Below are positions 58,067-64,000 of a stretch of DNA of 64,000 nucleotides, in pieces. A model generated the notes under the pieces. The model worked only from the letters and a program-made list of their open reading frames with translations, made no database searches and was not told where the DNA came from. A program made the position numbers and the translations under genes. The DNA is from Bacilli bacterium (GTDB lineage Bacteria > Bacillota_I > Bacilli_A > RFN20 > CAG-826), in contig JAZQOV010000011.1 of the NCBI GenBank assembly GCA_045628045.1, positions 4,912-68,911 on the forward strand, read 5' to 3'. Every line of letters starts with the position of its first letter. Position 1 is the first letter of the stretch.

Positions 58067-58446
58067 CATAGTTTGGAATACAGGCGTGGGTTTCTAACCC
58101 TTAATCATTGATTTTAATAATCAGTAAAATAAGAGCTAGAATAAGAAGGTACTCCACTAAGGACATCCTCCCTTCCCAAACGCCTGAATGCAAACTCCGA
58201 CGTTCGAAGACCGCCATCATATTCCTTTCTATGAAGTCAAATGAATTATTGACCCCACACTAACTAATTAGAGAAAAATAAGCAAAACTGCTAAAAAATA
58301 TTTTTAATATATTAATATATTACAATTTAGCACTTTTTCTGAGACTCAAAAAAGTACGGAAAAAAACTTGCTTTTATACTTAAAAAGGAATAATTTAACA
58401 TAAATGTTTAATTACATTGCTTTACTCTAGAAAAGAGGTAGAAGTT

Positions 58447-61400
58447 ATGAAGAAAAGTAGATTTTATACTTTATTAGCTCTATCAAGTATCCTTACTTTA
58501 GGAACTGCTTTTGCAGCCACCTCAATTAATGATGAAACTAATAGAAACCAAGGCATTAACGAATTAAATGCAGAGTCTTTGTCAGAGGATAAACTTTATG
58601 TTGCTCCTGCTGCAGTTTCTCCATATACATACACTACTTCTCCAACTAATGAACCGTGGTATAAAAATAGCCACGAATACCATTCTACAGCAACTGGATC
58701 AGATGGGTTTGATTATCAAAGAAACCAAAAAACTACAATGTATGATTTCATGAATGTTTCTGAAACATGGAACTCATATCGTGGTGAAAATGTTAAAGTA
58801 GCCGTTATTGACACAGGTTGTTATACATCACATGAAGACTTTAACGGCACAAATATAAAAACAATCTCTAAAAACATGGTGTCAGGAACAACTGGATTAT
58901 CAGCTGTAAATGATGCTCATGGACATGGAACAACTTCTGCAGCAACAATTGCGGCCGCTGTTAATGGTAAAGGCGGCACCGGAATTGCACCAAATGTAGA
59001 ATTAATAGTTTTGAAATGCGTTGATGCTAACAATGCTTTTAGTAATACTGCAATTAACAATGCTCTTCAATATTGTATTGATAATGATGTTGATGTCATT
59101 AACATGTCAATTCAAGGTTACAACGTTTATTCAAACTTTTCCTCAACATATGTTGAAGATTTTGGAAATTACACGGTAAACACAACTTCATCTGGCATAA
59201 TGACTCCTACACAATTCTCTACAAAAATTAAAGCTTGTCACGATGCTGGTATTACTTTAGTTGCCGCTGCCGGTAACTATAATACTTCCAAAGAATCATA
59301 TCCTGCTGCCAATGATTATGTCATTGCTGTTGGCTCCACAGGCTTAACGAGTGCAACATCAAAAGCTGGTTATTCCAATTATGGAGATTGGCTTGATATT
59401 AGTGCTCCTGGTTACGTTTATACTCCATCGCTATCCGGAACCGACCAATATTCTGTTACAAATGGCACAAGCTTTTCTGCTCCTTTGGTTACTGGTGCAA
59501 TAGCACTATATAAATCAAAATATCCTGATGCAACTCCTGATCAAATTGAAGAAGCTCTAAAAGCGACTGCTCAACCAATTAATTGGCAAGGTGGCGCTGG
59601 GGCAGTTAATGTTGGAGCTTTCTTGGAATATGCTCCTAAGTCACCAGTTAGCAGTTTAGCTCTTCCTGATGAAACAAAGACATTATCTGTTGGAGAAACA
59701 TATCAACTAATTCCAACAATTTTACCGTCTGATGCTTCGCAAGAAGTTACTTATGGTAACACAGACAATTCTGTTGTATCAATTTCAAATACTGGATTAG
59801 TCACTGCATTAAAAGCAGGGACATCAACAGTCACTGTGTATAGTAAAAACACATCCATCTATGACACAGTTGTAATTACTGTTAATGCTGTTACTGGCGA
59901 GAAAAAAACAGTATCAAAAGAATGGACTTTAACCAGTTCTAATACTGATTGGACAGCATCAGGAAACGAAACATATTTTAGCCAGCCTTATGGTTACAAA
60001 GCAAATGGTGGAACTCTCATTACAACAAATTCAATAGAAGACTTTACTAAAACAAACAAAACAGAGATTAAAGTTAGTTTTAAGTGTCTCCAAAATGGTG
60101 GTTCAAGTTCAAAAATCACTATTTACCTTTACGATAGCAGTGGAAACGTATTAGGTTCAGAAGTTTTTACTCCTGTAAATAAAAATTCAGCTTCCAATAC
60201 CGAATATTGCACAGCAACATTCACATCAAATTTAACTAATGCAGCCAAAATAGGAATGAAGGTCACTACGTTTGGAAAGAACATTTTGGTTAATGGTGCA
60301 AAGTATGAATTGACTTATCTAGATTCAGGAGCAACCCCGTCAGTTAAGACGCTTTCTAGCATTTCTGTTTCTAATCAAAAAACCACATTTACTGTTGGTG
60401 AAACATGGACATTTGGCGGAACAGTAACTGCTACTTACTCTGACAATTCAACTGCAGATGTTACTTCTAATGTCACATTCAGCGGTAACACAACATCATC
60501 CGCCGGTCAAAAAACGGTAACTGTTTCTTATAAAGAAGGCAGTGTTGAAAAAACAACAACCTATTCAATTACTGTTTCAGCACCGGTTGTTACAAATTAC
60601 ACTGTCACATTTAACTCAAATGGTGGTTCGGGCACAATGACTAGCAAAACCACTACTGGTTCTACATATGTTGTTCCTGAATCTAACTTTACAAAAGAAG
60701 GCTATACATTTGACAAATGGGCTCTTAATAGTACATCTGGTAGTAAATACGCAGCCGGAACAACAATCAATAATATCTCCTCTAATATCACGTTATATGC
60801 TACATGGATTCAAGATTTAACACCTCAACCAGGTGATTATTACAAGGATGTCGACACAAGCTCTCAAGAAAATCTAATTTCAACATTGCATTCAACCATT
60901 TCACAGGGAACTGTAGATGTTGGTTATGATGGCCTTTGGGATGCTTATGAAAAAACAGATTTACGTCCTGGGACAAATTATTATTGGGATATGTATTCCA
61001 ATTATAATTTTACAAAATCTTCGCCAAATAGCAATTATAAAAAAGAAGGTGACGCAGTAAATAGAGAGCACACTGTTCCACAATCTTGGTTTAATGAAAA
61101 ATCTCCAATGAAAGCCGACTTATTTCATGTTTATCCAACTGACGGCTATGTAAACAATAGAAGATCTAATTATCCTCATGGTGATGTTGGTAATGCAACA
61201 TATACTTCTGAAAACGGAAGTAAATTGGGAACAGCTAGCTTTCCAGGAATTTCAGGCACCGTTTTTGAAGTAATTGATGAATATAAGGGCGATTTTGCCC
61301 GCAGCTATTTTTATATGGCTACCAGATACTATAATACGTTTAATGATTGGGATTCAAACGTGATATTCCAAAAAACACCGCCGTATATGACTTCTGCTTT

Positions 61401-64000
61401 CATCAATCAATATTATGCATGGCATATAGCTGATCCGGTTTCAGAAAAGGAAGTAAACCGTAATGAAGCAGTTTATGGAATTCAGAAAAATAGAAATCCG
61501 TACATTGATCATCCTGAATGGGTTGCATATGCTTTTAAAGGCATTGCTCCAATTGTGGGTGAAAAAACACTTAACTCAATCACTTTAAGTGGTTCACAAA
61601 AAACAGAATTTACTGTTGGTGAAACTTTCTCATATACTGGATTAGTTGTCACTGCTCATTACTCAGACAACACAACAGCAATAGTAACACCAACAAGTGT
61701 TTCTACACCAGACATGAATTCTGCTGGTGAGAAAACAGTTACTGTTACCTATACAGATTCAACAGGAACAAAGACTGATACTTATACTATTACAGTAAAA
61801 AGCAGTGGAGTTACACCAGAGCCAGAAAAACACACAACTGCATTAACACTAGATAAAACAACCGCAACAATAAAAGTAGGAGAAAATCTAACATTAACAG
61901 CAACTAAGACGCCATCTGATTCAGTTGATGGAATTAGTTGGTCCACGGACAATTCTTCTATTGCAACAGTTTCAAATGGTGTAGTAACAGGCGTTTCTCC
62001 AGGAACTGCAACTATCACAGCTACATCTAATGGCATCCCTGCCACTTGTTTAGTTGAAGTTAAATCACAAAGCACTAGTAGTACTGTCACAGCATCAATT
62101 GATTTTACAAATAGTAATGATTCTTACAAAGACAGTGTTGGAAATACATGGACAGGAGCCGGAGGCAATAAAGGAAATTATTATCGACTTGATAGTGCTG
62201 ATTCTATAACAAGCTCATCAATTTCTATTGATACTTCAAAAACAATAGATCTTTCTCTATACATTGGTTCATATGGTAGTGGCACCAAAACGCTAAGTGC
62301 TTATGCAATTAATAGTTCTGGAACAGTTGTTACAAACCAAGTTTCAATGTCACCAACATCTACGAGTTCAAATAAATTTACAGGGACTCTAACTTTTAAT
62401 AACACCTCAGATTCAAATATTAAAATTGTTTTTAAAACAACTTCTGGTTCAATTCGTTTTTACAAAGGAGATATTACTTATACTCCGTTGTCAATTGGAC
62501 CACAAGTAACAAGCATTTCATTAAGTGAATCAGAATTAACTTTTGATTTATATGATAATTATTCGCCTCAAACACTTACTGCTAGTATTGAAGCAGATGT
62601 CGGTGCCGACAAAACAATACTTTGGACATCTTCTGATGAAACTGTCGCAACAGTTGTTGATGGTGTTGTTACTCCTCACTCCAAAGGAACTGCAACAATT
62701 ACCGCAACATCTAAAGCAAATTCAGAGATAAAAGCTACTTGTAAAGTTGAAGTTACTGATTCTAGTCCGATACCGGTCACCGGAATAACATTAAATGAAA
62801 CTTCAGCAACACTTATAATTGGTTCAACCTTGACATTAGAAGCAACAATCACACCTACTAATGCTACAAATAAAAATATTAGTTGGTCTTCTAATAATGA
62901 AAATATTGCTACTGTTTCAGATGGCCTTGTTACAAGCAAGGCTATTGGTACAGCTATTATAACAGTTACGACAGATGACGGCGGTTTTACTGCAACTTGT
63001 ACAATAACTGTCAGTGCCGCACCTGTTATCACATATCAACTTGAAGCAGATGAAACAGAAGTTCCATTTATGAGCGGAACAAATCATATTGCTTCGGTTG
63101 GAGTCAAATTGTATCAATACACAAATGGTGTTAAAGGAAACCAGGTTAGTTCAGGAAGCTCTAATGTTGATACTTCTTCATTAGGCAACAAAACAATTTC
63201 TTATATTTATCAAGATATTACATACGAAACGATAGTTAAAGTAACAAATTATGGTGCTGATGTTGGCTTGCCAACCCAATTAGATCCAGTAACTAATAAC
63301 ATAACGTCAAGTTTTACAGTCACTAGCAGTACTACTAGCTCCTGGAGTATGCCAACTGGATGGACTGTTACAAGTAGTGGAACAACTGGTTACGAAGCCA
63401 ATCGAGGAATTCAATTACAAAAGAACGCAAAAATATCGTTCGTTCTTCCTTCATATAAGAATATTACTTCCATTTCTTTAGATGTTGCAAGAAGCAGTAA
63501 TGGATCAGGTTCTTTTACGGTAACCGTTGATGACGAATTAGTTAAAACAATTTCTAGTTTTAATACTACAAAAACTACACAAACGATTAAATTTGATGAG
63601 GCAAAATCAGGTGTTATTAAAATTGATGGCAGCGCTTCTGCTAGCTCATTATATATCAAAGCAATTTCTATAAATTATCAAGAAATTGTAGAAGGTCAAT
63701 TAATTGAACACAATGCCACACCAAATCAACAAGCGATAGCCTGGTCTGATTATTTTATTAAGTTAACTGGTGGCGGAGCATTTGATGGACCATGTAAAGA
63801 ATCAACTCCAGAAGCAAGAAGAGCTGCACTTCAAGAAATTTGGGGTGAAGTCTCTGCAGAATATGGTTACATGGTAAATGGATCTAAAGATGCATTCTGT
63901 GATTCATCTGCCACTGGTTCTATTTCAGAGGCAATGCAACATTATAGTTACATTGTTGATACATATGGATTAGATAATTTCGTTAAAGATGGATCAGGTA
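58447..64000 (+). CDS. Giant secreted/surface multidomain protein, 3' end beyond the window (over 1850 aa in-window). It combines a subtilisin-like S8 peptidase, Big_2 and Flg_new repeats, an Endonuclease I (EndA/NucM-type) nuclease domain and further Big_2 repeats.
   Basis: RBS AAGAGG. Signal MKKSRFYTLLALSSILTLGTAFA. S8 triad contexts VAVIDTG, HGHGTTSA, GTSFSAPLVTGA. Flg_new unit YTVTFNSNGGSGTMTS...EGYTFDKWAL. Endonuclease_1 motifs REHTVPQSWF, DLFHVYPTDGYVNNRRSNYP, FARSYFYMAT. Not in the ORF track because there is no in-window stop. Confidence 0.75.
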   Translation, partial: MKKSRFYTLLALSSILTLGTAFAATSINDETNRNQGINELNAESLSEDKLYVAPAAVSPYTYTTSPTNEPWYKNSHEYHSTATGSDGFDYQRNQKTTMYDFMNVSETWNSYRGENVKVAVIDTGCYTSHEDFNGTNIKTISKNMVSGTTGLSAVNDAHGHGTTSAATIAAAVNGKGGTGIAPNVELIVLKCVDANNAFSNTAINNALQYCIDNDVDVINMSIQGYNVYSNFSSTYVEDFGNYTVNTTSSGIMTPTQFSTKIKACHDAGITLVAAAGNYNTSKESYPAANDYVIAVGSTGLTSATSKAGYSNYGDWLDISAPGYVYTPSLSGTDQYSVTNGTSFSAPLVTGAIALYKSKYPDATPDQIEEALKATAQPINWQGGAGAVNVGAFLEYAPKSPVSSLALPDETKTLSVGETYQLIPTILPSDASQEVTYGNTDNSVVSISNTGLVTALKAGTSTVTVYSKNTSIYDTVVITVNAVTGEKKTVSKEWTLTSSNTDWTASGNETYFSQPYGYKANGGTLITTNSIEDFTKTNKTEIKVSFKCLQNGGSSSKITIYLYDSSGNVLGSEVFTPVNKNSASNTEYCTATFTSNLTNAAKIGMKVTTFGKNILVNGAKYELTYLDSGATPSVKTLSSISVSNQKTTFTVGETWTFGGTVTATYSDNSTADVTSNVTFSGNTTSSAGQKTVTVSYKEGSVEKTTTYSITVSAPVVTNYTVTFNSNGGSGTMTSKTTTGSTYVVPESNFTKEGYTFDKWALNSTSGSKYAAGTTINNISSNITLYATWIQDLTPQPGDYYKDVDTSSQENLISTLHSTISQGTVDVGYDGLWDAYEKTDLRPGTNYYWDMYSNYNFTKSSPNSNYKKEGDAVNREHTVPQSWFNEKSPMKADLFHVYPTDGYVNNRRSNYPHGDVGNATYTSENGSKLGTASFPGISGTVFEVIDEYKGDFARSYFYMATRYYNTFNDWDSNVIFQKTPPYMTSAFINQYYAWHIADPVSEKEVNRNEAVYGIQKNRNPYIDHPEWVAYAFKGIAPIVGEKTLNSITLSGSQKTEFTVGETFSYTGLVVTAHYSDNTTAIVTPTSVSTPDMNSAGEKTVTVTYTDSTGTKTDTYTITVKSSGVTPEPEKHTTALTLDKTTATIKVGENLTLTATKTPSDSVDGISWSTDNSSIATVSNGVVTGVSPGTATITATSNGIPATCLVEVKSQSTSSTVTASIDFTNSNDSYKDSVGNTWTGAGGNKGNYYRLDSADSITSSSISIDTSKTIDLSLYIGSYGSGTKTLSAYAINSSGTVVTNQVSMSPTSTSSNKFTGTLTFNNTSDSNIKIVFKTTSGSIRFYKGDITYTPLSIGPQVTSISLSESELTFDLYDNYSPQTLTASIEADVGADKTILWTSSDETVATVVDGVVTPHSKGTATITATSKANSEIKATCKVEVTDSSPIPVTGITLNETSATLIIGSTLTLEATITPTNATNKNISWSSNNENIATVSDGLVTSKAIGTAIITVTTDDGGFTATCTITVSAAPVITYQLEADETEVPFMSGTNHIASVGVKLYQYTNGVKGNQVSSGSSNVDTSSLGNKTISYIYQDITYETIVKVTNYGADVGLPTQLDPVTNNITSSFTVTSSTTSSWSMPTGWTVTSSGTTGYEANRGIQLQKNAKISFVLPSYKNITSISLDVARSSNGSGSFTVTVDDELVKTISSFNTTKTTQTIKFDEAKSGVIKIDGSASASSLYIKAISINYQEIVEGQLIEHNATPNQQAIAWSDYFIKLTGGGAFDGPCKESTPEARRAALQEIWGEVSAEYGYMVNGSKDAFCDSSATGSISEAMQHYSYIVDTYGLDNFVKDGSG

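Noticed and set aside
58190-58230. tRNA-like GTTCGAAG T-loop-like string
   Set aside because: No acceptor/anticodon stem arrangement or cloverleaf could be built around it.
1-64000. Possibility that TGA encodes Trp (Mycoplasma/Spiroplasma code 4)
   Set aside because: Multiple ORFs of 1000-1462 aa are uninterrupted under the standard code. Trp positions in conserved motifs (e.g. GW of Flg_new repeats) are TGG. Genes end at TGA (e.g. 2159-2161).

Overview
This is a low-GC (~30% GC) window read with the standard genetic code. ORFs of 1000-1462 aa are uninterrupted and Trp is encoded by TGG, so TGA is a stop. Gene content suggests a Firmicutes/Mollicutes-like accessory region. Most protein-coding content is on the + strand.

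Core-looking genes:
- An ABC-transporter operon with Big_2 surface proteins (1-8000).
- A fused ABC-ATPase/FtsX permease followed by a RumA/RlmD-type rRNA methyltransferase (8106-11802).
- An AMP-dependent acyl-CoA ligase (32170-33891).
- A thyA-folA pair (56494-57820).

Accessory content:
- Two class-II Fic AMPylators (11827-12711 on the - strand, 18156-19214 on the + strand). They bracket a DUF285/LRR-like surface protein, a lipoprotein and an unusual non-coding cluster (16560-17630). That cluster holds three copies of a strong promoter module. Two copies drive about 75-nt terminated hairpin RNAs. The third drives a structured leader upstream of an 85-aa ORF.
- Two type-II toxin-antitoxin loci: XRE-YafQ, and Phd plus a ParE toxin carrying an in-frame TAA.
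- A 711-aa RecB-like/DUF2779-like nuclease.
- A cluster of giant secreted/surface proteins. Three of them (34100, 38557, 46334) share a paralogous SGNH/GDSL hydrolase-like N-terminal domain. There is also a 1351-aa lipoprotein made of about 10 tandem Listeria-Bacteroides (Flg_new) repeats.
- A TnpB-only IS200/IS605-family element (49869-51246). It has split a YhcG/DUF1016 PD-(D/E)xK nuclease gene into two fragments.
- A sigma-less partner-switching module (52122-56484): a STAS-kinase-like fusion, a STAS protein, and a membrane HAMP-SpoIIE(PP2C)-HATPase fusion.
- A giant (>1850 aa, 3'-truncated) protein combining a subtilisin (S8) domain, Big_2/Flg_new repeats and an Endonuclease-I nuclease domain (58447 to window end).

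A conserved ~90-nt regulatory leader with a 7-3-7 palindrome (AAAGAAC-N3-GTTCTTT) precedes two unrelated minus-strand genes (17331-17403 and 51905-51979). No CRISPR array, rRNA or convincing tRNA was seen.
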